Shown here: in pieces, positions 13,121 to 26,940 of the stretch
Layout of the letters: the number at the start of each line of letters is the position of its first letter
Position numbering within the stretch: position 1 is the first letter of the stretch
Source of the DNA: Paramecium tetraurelia
Taxonomy: Eukaryota
Assembly (NCBI GenBank): GCA_000165425.1
Contig: CT868028.1
Span: forward strand, 176,835-240,834
Length of the DNA: 64,000 nucleotides
Direction of reading: 5' to 3'
Position numbers and translations under genes: made by a program
The notes under the pieces: model-generated
What the model saw: the letters and a program-made list of their open reading frames with translations, nothing else
Database searches by the model: none
Told to the model about the DNA's origin: nothing

Positions 13121-13242
13121 GAGTCGATAGTATCCTTTACCTTAAGAATTTCAGTGTTATTAGTATTATTAGAAATAATGTATATATACCGAATCAATCT
13201 CACTAAATTAAGTTATTATTATATTAATTCTAAATCTAATTA

Positions 13243-13601
13243 ATGGTTTAAAATGATTCTGAAGCCACAAAGTAATCCTGTGAATAGCAGACAGGATCCA
13301 AGAAAATCACCAAGCAGCATGGCCACTGGAATCAGGCAGAGCACAATACCTATCTCAACTTTTTATTAGAGAATGCAAACCACACCAAAGGCTAAAGATT
13401 ATTTAAGAGAATGAGTTAAGTTGTTGGCACTCGTACACCTAGTTAATGCAGGTAAGAACCCATAATATAAGATCGCATCACTAAAAATTTAATCCATAAA
13501 AGGCAAAATCTTCTTATATAGATACAAGATTTTAGAGATCCAAGCAATGTGCCAGAAGCTACTTCGCTTAACACAAATAAATCGATGAAGATGGCCAATG
13601 A
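13243..13601 (+). CDS. Myb-like (SHAQKYF-class) transcription factor
   Basis: GHWNQAEHNTYLNFL...LFKRMSQVVGTRTPSQCR|SHHQKF; 20-nt intron 13452-13471. Confidence 0.85.
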
Positions 13602-13639
13602 AATGACTTTTGTATATTATACTCAAATGTTGTTAACCT

Positions 13640-13980
13640 TATCCCAAGATAGTATCATGGCCAATTCAAAACTATAAAACATATAAAATTGAAATCAAGA
13701 TTTTCCACTTCTCTTTAAATCCACTTTTCTTTCTCTGGTTCATTTCCACCTCATACTCATCAATCTCTTTGAAAAATACCTTCTGTAAATTTTAACTTGC
13801 CGCATTTTATATATATTTAAAACTTTTCTCATTTCCTTTGTTTTGACTGCTATTCTATGATCCGTCTTCAAAGTTCATTTATTATTACTCATGTGAATCG
13901 AAATCCTCCACTGTTTCTTGCTATTAATGTTCATCTATAATATCACTTTCAAATATTTATAATTCCAAATATACTGCTTA
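13640..13980 (-). pseudogene. Acidic coding-like fragment with no clear start
   Basis: Open table-6 frame FESDIIDEHQQQETVEDFD...KWKILISILYVL bounded by TGA codons. Confidence 0.2.
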
Positions 13981-15300
13981 ATAATATCATAAATATATAA
14001 TAAAACACACAATTGTAATCATTTTAGATATTTCATTCTTATCCTTATATTACATTTAGTTAGTAAAATTCCTCAAAGAATTCAAGATTAACTATCTATA
14101 AGGTTCTTTATTATGATTAAATTTATTTTAAATCATTATTACATACTTTTTAATAGGGTTAAAACTGATTTTATATCTTTAGCACTAACTAAACATTAGA
14201 AATTATTTTTTAATTCTTCTTATTTCTCTTATAATATCACTTAAAATGTTTAATTACCCTTATTAACGTATCTCTTAAGAATATAAGTAACAATTCCTTT
14301 TTAATAAAACCCAATCATCCCATTTTATAAAGATTTAAGTAAGTAAGCAAAGATAAAATATCATGAAGATAATAAATTTAATATAAAAATAAAAAATTTA
14401 CTAGTTCAATTATATTATAAAGACAAAATTGATAGAAATGTTGTACTTTACTGACTTCTTTTGCTTAATTCATATAAATTACTAAGAAAAATTGATCTTG
14501 GTAAATAATTCTTAACAATTATTATTTTTAAATAAAATTTCATATTGTTTGATTTGAAAACACTTTCTCTCTCTAAATTTTAGATATCTATAGATTTTTT
14601 TTAGGAAAATTTAATAATAATTGATTTATTGAGATTATTTAATTTTAATATACCATATTTCAAGATATAATATGATTATTGCTCTATCTGATTATCAATG
14701 AAGTTGATAGAGTCCTAAGCAGACAATTATGGCAGAGAAAGATAAAAAAATATTATTAAAAGTAAATAGTAACATGTAAATAGAAATGCAAAAATGAATT
14801 GTTAAATTAGTATAATTATTACTTAAAAATTATATAATTAGAATTCAGTAGAAAAATATTATTTTATTTTTAATCAATTAAGTAATAATATTACTAACAA
14901 TGTTCAAATAGATGATTAATGTAAATGATCTAATTGTTATTATATATGTGCATTCAAAACATATATACTACTTAGAAATTCTAAATATATATAATCTAAT
15001 TTTTAAACCTCAATAAACTAGGATTAGTGTTAATTAATCTAGTATTTCAAGTTGTGAATTAAGTTGTTTAATCGATTATCATTTTATAAAATATTAATAA
15101 CGGAGTGTTACTTCATTTAAGCATAATAATCGAATGCGAGGAGAGCATTTAAATATAAACAAAAGTGTTATAAAAAGAAAGAGGGATTTGAATAATTAGA
15201 GGAACCATAGATAGGGGATTGGAAATTGTTGGTATTATGGGTAATAGTGTTATTGATAAAAATTATTTTATATTTATATACTTATTGTAAGAGATTAAAC

Positions 15301-16846
15301 ATGCGAAAACAGCCTCTGAAATTATTATTGGAGGACAATGATCTCGAGATTATTAAGGCAAAGACATTTGATTCACATTCTCAGCGTAACGGTACTAGTT
15401 TTTATTCAAACATATCGGATGAACATGAATAATTTAGTGATGGAAAACGATATCAATGTGATTCATCATATTCTTCAAGTAGTCTACATAGTTCTAGAAC
15501 TCTTGCAGACGAAACATTGTTGCTAAATTATTAAAAGCGTCTAGGTAAATAAAATAGATATGAAAAAGATCCTGAAATCCTATCAGAGTAGGCCAGATTT
15601 GTATTCCTCATAGGGAATTAATCGTCAGAGGAATGGCTTGCCAATTTCAACGAGAAATGCTTGAGAGTGAATAGCTTTTTCAAGGACTCCCTTTTCAATT
15701 CCTTAGTAGAAACTGCTTTTAATGGAGAGGATTAGAAGATGAAAAGAAAATTGGTTCTCACTTTAGATTATTTTACGAATCTGATCACATTCACTTTCTT
15801 CCTTCTTTGGAAATGGATTCAAAATGAAAATCAACAGGACATGTCATAATTTGTTTCAAATTCCAATTCCATTACTGAATTCATTGTCTTGATGATAACT
15901 CTAAGAATTAATGAATTCAGGATGGAATGGCAACTCATAACTTTGATAGAGTAAATTGTTTAACCATTCCCTGAAAAGAACATTTTTAAAGAATGTTCAG
16001 AAACTTAGAGATCCTACTTATCAGTAGGCCTATTCCAGCCTAAAATCGCTTCGATTCGTGTCAAATCCAATTCAGTATTGCCTTGGACAACGGATGAAGT
16101 GGCTTTCGTGTTGAGTTTTATGAGTTAATCCTTTTATGCAGGATTATAAATAAAAAATGTGATTGTTAAGGGAGGATTAAATAACGTATAAATTAAATTT
16201 CTAATTTTAGTACTTTAGGAGAATCAACACAATTTCATAGTTCATCATATATTCAGTAGTACGAAGTCCAAATAAACACGATCGTCAAGATGCATTAAGA
16301 TATTGGATAGAACTAGCAGAGAAATTATAGAAAAATTATGATTTGGAAGGATTATTTATAGTGTACAAATACGGCATTCAATTACTCTTAAAGGATTACA
16401 TTGGAACCATGCCAATCCTGTTCCGAGATCAAAACAGAATACCTCGTATTAATGCTTTTTATGAGGAACACATAAAATCTAATTTTAATGATGTTCAAAA
16501 AAATGAACAGCAATTTTACATTCCTTCATTTCATAAATTCATTACTCAAATTAAGCGTTTAGAACAGCAAGTGAAAATGAATAAGACATTGTTTGATCAA
16601 ATATCAGATCTCCTATTGTAATTAGTTTCAATTTCTAAGAGACAGCACAAACTTCATCAAGAGACGAGTGCAAAAGTAATTCTATTACATTATATTTCTT
16701 CTTAGATTTCTGATCATGAGGAATAAATAATTCAGTATTTTATAAAAGGAATAGAAAAAGAGTTAGAAACTAATCTCTAAATTCCTTTAGATAAAGAAAC
16801 ATTGGTGTACATAGAATTGATTAAATTGGCAAAAATTACTAATTGA
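15301..16846 (+). CDS. Divergent RasGEF (CDC25 homology)-like protein
   Basis: WTTDEVAFVLSFMSQSFY...NFIVHHIF...IIENYDLEGLFIV...FYIPSFHKFITQI resembles the CDC25 helices and IP motif; short introns near 16187 and 16676. Confidence 0.5.
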
Positions 16847-16927
16847 TATTGAAATGATTATAAAAATGATAAAATTTGTGAGTTTTAATTTCATTTACAT
16901 TTTGTCTCATTAAATTAAATACACTTT

Positions 16928-18064
16928 ATGAGATAACAATCACCTAATTCAAAATTATCAAGAGAAAATTCAGCCTATCAAAATGATTCTGTGACTGTAA
17001 GTCATATTGAGAATCAAAAATTGAGAAAAAGTAAGTTGTCTCAAAGAAAGATAATATAAATAAGTATTAATTATAATCCATTATTAGGATAAAAGAGAGA
17101 AAGACGATAAGAAAAGAAATTTAGAAAATTAGTACAAAAAGCAATATATAGAATATGAATCACAGCAAATGATTGATAAAAAAAATTGGGAAGGATTAAA
17201 GAATTTGATTAGAAAGAATAATAAATAATATATCAGCACTTCGATTAAGAATGAACTGTAGGAGAAACAAATAACATCTAGAAGTTTAATAGAAGAAATC
17301 ACTAAAATTGAGAAAGATAAAGTACCTAAATTATAACAAATATCTGATCTATAAGAAAAAATAACTTAGAAAAAGAGAAATAAATATGTTGATAAAGAAA
17401 TAGATGATTATACAATGAAATAAATTGAGGGTGAAATTATTGAATTTTAGAAAAAAAAGGATGAATAAATGAAAACATATGGTGAGAAATATAAAATCTT
17501 AGAGAAAAATCATAAAATGAAGTTGAAAAAAAAGGAATTTGATGATTAAATTAGAAAAGATGTAAAAATCAATAGTTCTTTTATACATGAAGCAAATCGA
17601 TTTTTAAGGTTGAAGGACAAGCATTCATTAAGATCAACTAAACCTATCTTCTCACACCAAGAAAACCTGTTACATTCGTTAAGGACACTCAATCTCCAAA
17701 ATCAGAAATAGGATATATAAGAAAAAATTCTTCTCAAAATAAGGTTGAAATAATCAATTAGGAGCAATTTGAGGAAACAACCGTAAATTAATAAATTCTT
17801 AAATAAAATTAAAAATAACCAAGAGCAAAAGAATTAAAGATAAAGTACATGAAAGCATTGATAAAAAGTAAAATTAAATTGAAAAATTTTAAGAATAACA
17901 AAATTTTCATCAAAATAATTATTCGAAGGTAACAAGTAGTTTGATTGATTAGGTTGAAAATAAGATAGAATATGATAATTAAATTCAACAGCAAAAGTAT
18001 ATAATTTTCTCTAATATTATAAAGGATGTTTAGGAAACCAATTATGAGGCCAAAGGAAAATTGA
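16928..18064 (+). CDS. Hypothetical K/Q/E-rich coiled-coil protein
   Basis: Long table-6 open frame with heptad-like composition; 5' exon structure uncertain. Confidence 0.5.
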
Positions 18065-18119
18065 TGAACCATTTTATTACTTACTATGCAAAATATATAT
18101 TTATAGAATTAATAACATT

Positions 18120-18826
18120 TCATATAGCAAATGATAGCGATTTAGAATCCTAATCAAAGTTGACACTGTTGTTTTGGGTATAATCCTTTATTTTTCTATT
18201 AGTTAAATATCTAATTTCCAAACTTGGTAAGCGAACTCTCTCCACACTATTCAAACTAAATTTCGGTTTCAGATACATTTATTAGTTTTTATAGTAATCT
18301 TGAATTGAGTTTAATAATTGATCTAAATTTATGAATTTTTAATCTTTGTTCTCATGCAAGAGAGATTTTAAGTATAACGAAAACTTGGACTAATTCAAGT
18401 TTATATAAGTTTTAACGGATTTGTAAAGATTTATCTCTTCTCTGGGAAGTTCTATGTATTTTGGATTTATTTTGGTAATTTTATATTATCTAAGAAGCTC
18501 TGTTTAGGCTTAAAATTCTTCATCAAGTTCAGAATACTTAATTTGTAAACTGGCTAATTTTTTTCTGAGCTTCATTATTTTAAACATCATTGATTCATGT
18601 TATACTTTGATGGTTTCTAATTCTTTAGTAAGTTTTTGGATATCCTCAGAACTTAGAATATTATATGATTAAACATTTCAACACTTTCTTGCTTAATAAT
18701 TATTTTTTCAGCAGTGCTTATCTATAAAGGAGGCATCTATTTCGTTGATAATATCTGGTCAAGTGATTTTATACAAAATTACAAACTAGAATAGAGTTGT
18801 TAAATCTTTGGATCTTCGTTTAGCAT
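18120..18826 (-). CDS. Hypothetical coiled-coil protein
   Basis: MLNEDPKIQQLYSSL...; one 23-nt intron near 18652-18674; ends SLSFAI-TGA. Confidence 0.65.
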
Positions 18827-18897
18827 TTTAATAATAATTTTATAAGAATTAATATAATGGTATTAAATTTTTGTATAAATAAATAAAGTTTAGATAA

Positions 18898-21055
18898 TCA
18901 AAATTAATTATCTTTTATTGCTGGATTCTTTTCTTTCACAATGAGGTCTAAGATATCATCATAAACTTTTATAAATTGCTCATCTAGTTTTGGCACCGTA
19001 GTTGATTTCTTTAATTATGAATCATTTGTTTGAAACATAGTTGCTATTGTTCTTGGAATTACTTTAATTAATGGTTTGCCTTTGACTTCCCTATTTCTGA
19101 ATTTTGTAAGAATCACATCTTCCAAATGAGTTTTTAGCTGGCTTCCAACAGTAATATAAATTAATTTTATGAGATACTATTTCTATTTAATTTCTTTAAT
19201 TGCTTTATGTAGTAAATCATAATCTGTCTTGCCATCACTGACAAGACATAGATAAATACACCTATTTTTCTAGATCATAAGCTTGTTATTATGTTTCGAT
19301 TAGTTTATACAATGTATCAAATTATTATTAATTATTTTCTAATAATGAGAATTTCCTGTCTCTCCAACAAATCGCTAATTTGTGAGTTTCAGGCAATCTT
19401 GAAAATACTTATAAAAATTTGGATTTAGCAGCCTAAATTTCATTGGCCATACTAACATTATCATCAAATAAAAGAAGAACCATTCTTTCCAATTCCTCTT
19501 CATCGTCCCTTAATATTATCTATATTGATTTTGGTAAATATTCAAATTCATCAGTTTAATCAAAAATAGCACCTGTTTAATAGATGTTATTTTCAGAAAT
19601 TGGTTTTGCACGAATATTTATAAATTGTATTACTTCATTTGCTTTCACTTTATCTTACTTTTTAATTAATTTATCCATATCTTTAAGTGTATCATTCAAT
19701 TCCCTTAATATAGAAATATGCTTATCGAGTAATTCAGTAATTGATTACTTTTCAAATATTTTTATTAATTGTTTATCTATCAATCCCTTTAGATCAGTCA
19801 ATAGCTTATTTAAATTACATTTTGGATCCTTTTCAATGACTTTTTTATAATTTTTTAGACCTTCTTCAGTAATAGACCAAATAGATTCTACCAGGTCTAA
19901 TTCTTTTTTAGTTGTTTTTGATCTTACAAAACATCCAAGTTTAGTATTATTAAATTAGCCTTGCATTCTCTTTTTCACCTTATCATCAGTCAATTCCTAT
20001 TCATTAATTTCTTAAGCATTTTTTTCAACGAAATCGAGTATCTTCACAGGGTCTCTAATATCTTTTTGTAAATCAGTCATCTCCTTCTCGGTTTTCTTCA
20101 ACTCTAAATTACCTTCTGCTATGTTAGTTGCTAAAAAGATTTAAGAGGAGGCTTGTTTTTTTATATCATCATTTTCATCCTTCTCAAATTTAGTTTAATC
20201 TAAGATCTTTTAGCCTAAATCAGCTATTTTGTTAAATGCTTCCTTATAATTATGCTAAGGGTCACTTGCTGTAAGGATGAGTTCTTTTTCCACAGAAATA
20301 GTAATCAGTTTCGATATATCACTTGGTTTATCTGTTGGATTTATAACCTCATTATCCAATTTTATTGGTTCTGTTTATTCATCAACCATTCTAAAAAAAG
20401 GCTCATTTGGTGCTACTTGAGTTGTAGGTTTTTGTTACACCAAAGTTTGATAAACAGGTTAGTTAGTTTCAAAATGTTTTTCTTGAACATTCAATAATTA
20501 TCTAACTTTTATAAATATTTCGCTAAACTCTTTATACAAGACATCGACTGGTTGGTTTCCTCTAGTAACTTTAAACACAGCAGGACAAGTTTCGTTCTAA
20601 TTGTGGATTTACTCTCTTAATGTCATACTAATTTAACCAGGAAATTAATCGCCAACAGCAACACAGATGAACTAAATTAAAAATTTTTCTTTCATAATCT
20701 TAATCTATGCGGATACTTCGTTTATTTCAAAGTGCTCTCTTCCATCACTAACAAATAAAAAAGTGATGTTTTTGGGGTAACCTCCACTCAATAATTTCTC
20801 AAATATCACATTAAAAGTATTAGAAATATTTCCGCTCCCAGCACTTCTATAAGGAAGAAATGAGTATAAAGCCTGTTCCCATTGATAATCCATCTTTTAA
20901 TTGCCTAAGTCTGAAAATGTTGCCTAATGTGCTTTTATTATGGTCTCGTATTCATGATTCATTGAGCCTGTTCCATCAACCAAAGTAATCAAGTATGATT
21001 AAACTGCTTTCCCTTACTTAGCCATGTAGACTTCTATTGCTTGCTATTGAATCAT
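18898..21055 (-). CDS. Protein with two von Willebrand factor A domains
   Basis: YLITLVDGTGSM...FLFVSDG...ICVAVG, then a second VLLLFDDNVSM...CLVSDG...IYITVG, separated by a coiled-coil. Confidence 0.75.
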
Positions 21056-21883
21056 TCTTAATATTCAGTATACTTATTAATATAGATGAAAAAAATTTTG
21101 AAGAAGCCTTATTTGATTGAAATTCTATTAAAAATAATAAATTAGAAATTTTTTCTTTTATTATGAAAATATGGAACGCTTAAATTTTAATTGGTACCTA
21201 CTCTTTAACTTATGCCCTCTGTTTGATTAACCATTTTTTATCAAATTAAGCTATTCCTAAAGTTACTTTAATATTTCAATAAATATAAATAGTTCATTAT
21301 AATATTGAAACAACATTCTGAAATATACTTAACTATAATATTCAGATAAGAATAAAGGGGATATATTAAGAAAATCAGTTCTTCCATACTTGATGTGGTA
21401 AGCTACTAGTCACAAAATTTGATGTGAAAATCATACTCTCTCAATTTTTTAATAAAAATTAAAATAAAAATTTCAATACAAATTAAAATAGGGTATTTAT
21501 TTCAGATTGTTGTGTTTCTTTATTTATAACTATTAAAATCATAATTCGTCATTATTATAAAACCATACGCAATGGTTTTAATGAAGATTATAGATAATTT
21601 GATATTAATACAAAAGGTTGAGTCTTTTTTGAAATTTATACATTCTTATTCTTATATAATTATTAAATTCTATTTTCTTGTAATTATACACAGAATGAAT
21701 AACAAATTTAATAAAATAATAATGTAATTCAATTTATTTATTTTAACATAAATATTAATAAAAATGTTAATTAATTGAAAAAGTAAAATTTACTCTTTTC
21801 GAATTAAATACAAAAAATAATATTATGCTTATGTTTAATTTTGAATACATCAATTTTAATATTGATAAATGTAAATATTAAAT

Positions 21884-22591
21884 TCATTCCATCAGAGTTC
21901 TTTATCTCATTTTCTCCATCAACTTCTTTACAGCATCAGCTTGCATAGAGACTCCCGAGTTGATTAACATCTTTGGAATGCTACCTTTAGGATCAACATT
22001 GGCAATAATCACTACTTGACAAGTTCCTGGAGAGATCTCCTTAATCAAGAATCCAGAAATAATAATTTCACAACGCGTATATTTTTTCTTATTTGGAACA
22101 GAATCCAATTAGACAGATTTAGCTAAAATTTATATTGCAATTTACAAACAACAAGGTGAGTTCCATCTTTCAGTATGGTTCTTCTTGTTAGAGCAACCAT
22201 GTCTCTTGGATCGATTAAGACGATGGGAGATTTACCAGCTCCATAATAAATAACATTATTTTAATCTATTTTTTCTACAATTTTGCCCTAAAAATATTCA
22301 ATTGATTTACTTCCAAGAAGTTTTCATCAAATTCAGCTCTTTTAGTCATATCAAAAATAACATCCATAGCCTTCTTTGGATCTACATTCAATTTAAGCTC
22401 AGTTCTGGTCATCTTGAGTCCAACTTGATTTAATTTAGAATAAATGATGAAATCATTTTTATCATGTTCCTTATTCCATTGACCTTCCTGTGGTTACTGA
22501 TAGGCCATTTGGATCACTTGCTCTTAGATTTCTATGTAGTTGATAAAGATAATAGCTTACAATCCAATTATGTGAGGTAGCTGTTTTACAT
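21884..22591 (-). CDS. START lipid-transfer domain protein
   Basis: WNKEHDK..RAEFDENFLE..IDPRDMV..SVPNKKKYTRCEIIISGFLI..NVDPKGSIPKMLIN; three short introns. Confidence 0.9.
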
Positions 22592-23347
22592 TAAACTTTA
22601 ATAAATTAAGAAAATCGATTTCTCATAATCTTAAATATATAATTTTTTAGCATCAATTTCTATATTGTTCAAATAAATAATCAGAAATTGAATTCATTAT
22701 TTAATTTCACCGAAAGAAGTAATCGTTATGAAGATGGAAGTCTAGGTGAGGTTTATTGAATACAATTGTGATAATAATATTAGATGTTATTTTTAACTTT
22801 ATAATTTGCCATCTATTTCTGCAATCGTTTTAATAGTAAGAATAAGTATTAAGTAGAAATAATCATACAAGAGTATCCTTACAAATCCAATACGCGAGTA
22901 TGATTCATTTGAATTCTAAGCGGATGATTAGTGACATATATTAGGATGAATGAAATAAAACTATGTTAGGTGAGTTCGCAAATATAATGGATGATATGGT
23001 ATTATCAATTGGGTGATGATGAACAATTCGATATCCTTATTTAGATTATAAGACTTGCAATTTGCATAAAATTGGAATATTTTAGGGTGAATTCTTTGCA
23101 CGCGTTATAATGTCCACAATAACTCTGTTTTCTTGGTGTGTTGGAAGTAAGGAGAAAGATAAAACAGAGAAATAACTTCTTTATAAAACACTTAGGAATT
23201 GAATTAGAGATTTTATATATATATATAGATATTAATTATGAACTGCTGATTTACATTATTTTACAATTTATTTCCTTTTATTTAAAGATTCTGTATTTAT
23301 CTTTGGTAAGTTTAATGTGAGATATAATACGTAAAATAAAATAATTA

Positions 23348-24447
<1,100 letters not shown>

Positions 24448-24491
24448 AAAGATATTATTTATGTAATAAATAATAAATACAAAATATTTTC

Positions 24492-25148
24492 ATGAGTTTG
24501 AGTTAATAATTAAAGGAAGAAGAAGAGGAAGAAGAAGGACTTAACTAACCTATTCAGCAAGTCTCTACTGTTCCTATTCGTAGGAAAAATAAAAAAAGAC
24601 AAATTCTCAATCCTTCTTTAAACACTGGACATTGGAGCCAATAAGAACACTAAACTTACTTAGACTTTCTCCAATAACACAAAGAAATCATGGAATCACA
24701 GGACTAGAAGAAAAGCAATAAAGTCTTCAAATAGATGAGTGAAATCATTGGAAGTCGCAGTCCTTCTCAATGTAGGTATCAAATCAACACTATTTATCAA
24801 ATTAGATCTCATCATCAAAAATTCAATCCATTCATTCACCAAGTCAAGAAAAGATAAAAAGGGGCAGGCAAAAAAAAGAAGGATAACCAAACCACTCAAC
24901 CAATCTAGCATTTCTTTCCTTTCTATTAACAACCCATCTTATCTCAAAACCAACTAGACTTTCCATTATTCCAAACAAACAACCCTGAAGAAGTGCTCTA
25001 TCCATAACCAATCTCATCAGATAGAAGTCTCCTTTACAATTTCGGTTTCCTTCCATAATTCCCTATCAACTTGAACTACTATACTGATTTTTTTGTTAAT
25101 TAGACCATGTACTAAAATGAAAAAGAGAATCAATTTGAAGATTAGTGA
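24492..25148 (+). CDS. Myb-like (SHAQKYF-class) transcription factor
   Basis: NTGHWSQQEHQTYLDFL..VFKQMSEIIGSRSPSQCR|SHHQKF; one intron. Confidence 0.85.
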
Positions 25149-25391
25149 TATTATTCATAATTCAAGTTTACTAAATACTATCATCCTAGTTCTTTTGACT
25201 AGTTTTTTTAGTCAAATTTCAAAAGGTTCCAATTAAACAGCCACATTTTCTTTTAATACCAATTACCACTTAAGCAAAAAGGAAGGCTTTTTTGATTCAT
25301 CTTTTTGTATACTTCACTCATTTGTATTTTTTAAAGTGTTCTTTTGGCGTCTCATTTAAATTCTCTATATATTTTAATTTCATTTTTAGTC

Positions 25392-26869
25392 ATGTCTATC
25401 AAAGCCATCAATTCTTCAGAGTAAGAAGTTGGTCGCAATATTAGAAGGTAAGTTTCATAACTATTCCAACTTTAGTTCAAAAAAGAAATATCTATGGAAA
25501 TTCTCAATAGATGATGCTGATTAAGAAATTGTGCTTTTGATTTCTTCTCTTTCGGGCAAAAAAGAAGTTAGACACAATGGAAGACTGATTTATTAAGAAT
25601 CTAGGTAACCCTCTTTCCATATCATTTATTTTCAGTCTTTTTTGTGAATTCAGATACCTTCATAAACTATAAAACTGCCTTGTAACCATTGCCCCTAGGC
25701 ATGATTCATATCAACTTTACCTGAACAATATTCCTTTTGCTCGATATTTCAATGATGGCAATTCAGATTAAAATGAAAATCCTAAAAATGGAACTTTTAA
25801 CAACGATGATCCTGATGGGGTTTATACGAGTTCTTTAAAGGAGTCTGAACAACAATAATCGAATTTTCAATAGCCCTTGTAGAAGTTTAGACTAAGTGTG
25901 CCCAATAAGATAACAAATAATAATTAAAACAAAACAGAAAGCAAATAATAAGAAATATTTTGGAATTAAGGAGTTAATCAAGACTTTGCTGATTTTGGTA
26001 CTACATAAACTAAAGGAACAGACAATAATTTTGGGAATTTTGGTTTCACTTTTGATACCCCATAAAAAGAAATAAAAAATACAAATTCATAAGTAGCATA
26101 ACTAAATAATCAAAAATAGAATGAAAAACCAAATCCTTTCTTTGAATTTGGTTAGAATTCTTGGTCAGCTCCTTAAAATAATAGCAATTATGGTTTCATC
26201 TAATAACCCTCTCAAGTTTAGGTTTAATAGACAAAATTATTTACTTCAGATATTAAACCTCAAACTAAAACAGAATAGCAAGTCAACAATACACCTTAAC
26301 CATTAAATTAAACAAATCAATATATTTTATATAATTAATCCAATTTAACAAATCAATAATAATAATACATACAGCTTCAATTATAATAATAATAATATAA
26401 CTACCAATAATAATAACTAGTCAACTCATCAACCATCAAACCCTAAATATCGTCATAAAGTGATTTATTGGATTTTTTTGAATGTAATTAGCCTACACAA
26501 AATACGATTAATTATTCAAATTAACAATAAGAATTAAAAAAGAGCCACTCTTAAGCAGTTATTATGCCTCTTTAAGTTTAATCTTAGAGTACACAAATGA
26601 TTTTTTAAAGTTATCAAAATCCAATCTAACAAAACGCATTTTAAAACATATAAAATTATTAGTTCAAATCCTCATTTCAACAATAGTTTTAATCTACTTA
26701 CCAAAATTAGAGAACAACACAATCATTAACTCCTCTAACATCCTCATTTTAATAAACAAAAAGGTAGATGCCAAAAGAACTCGAAGACATGTTTGATCAG
26801 CCTATGTAACCTATTTAGCCTCCGTTATAGAAAAGATCAACTCCTTTTGATGATGATCTATTTACCTGA
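25392..26869 (+). CDS. Protein with an N-terminal FAIM-like beta domain and a Q/N-rich disordered tail
   Basis: KYLWKFSIDDADQEIVLLISSLSGKKEVRHNG; tail with DFADF, NPF and DLLDF motifs; two short introns. Confidence 0.65.
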
Positions 26870-26940
26870 ATTATAATAGAAAGACTAATTGAAATATAAT
26901 TAATAATTATTTTAAAAAACTCATGCAATTTAAAATTACA

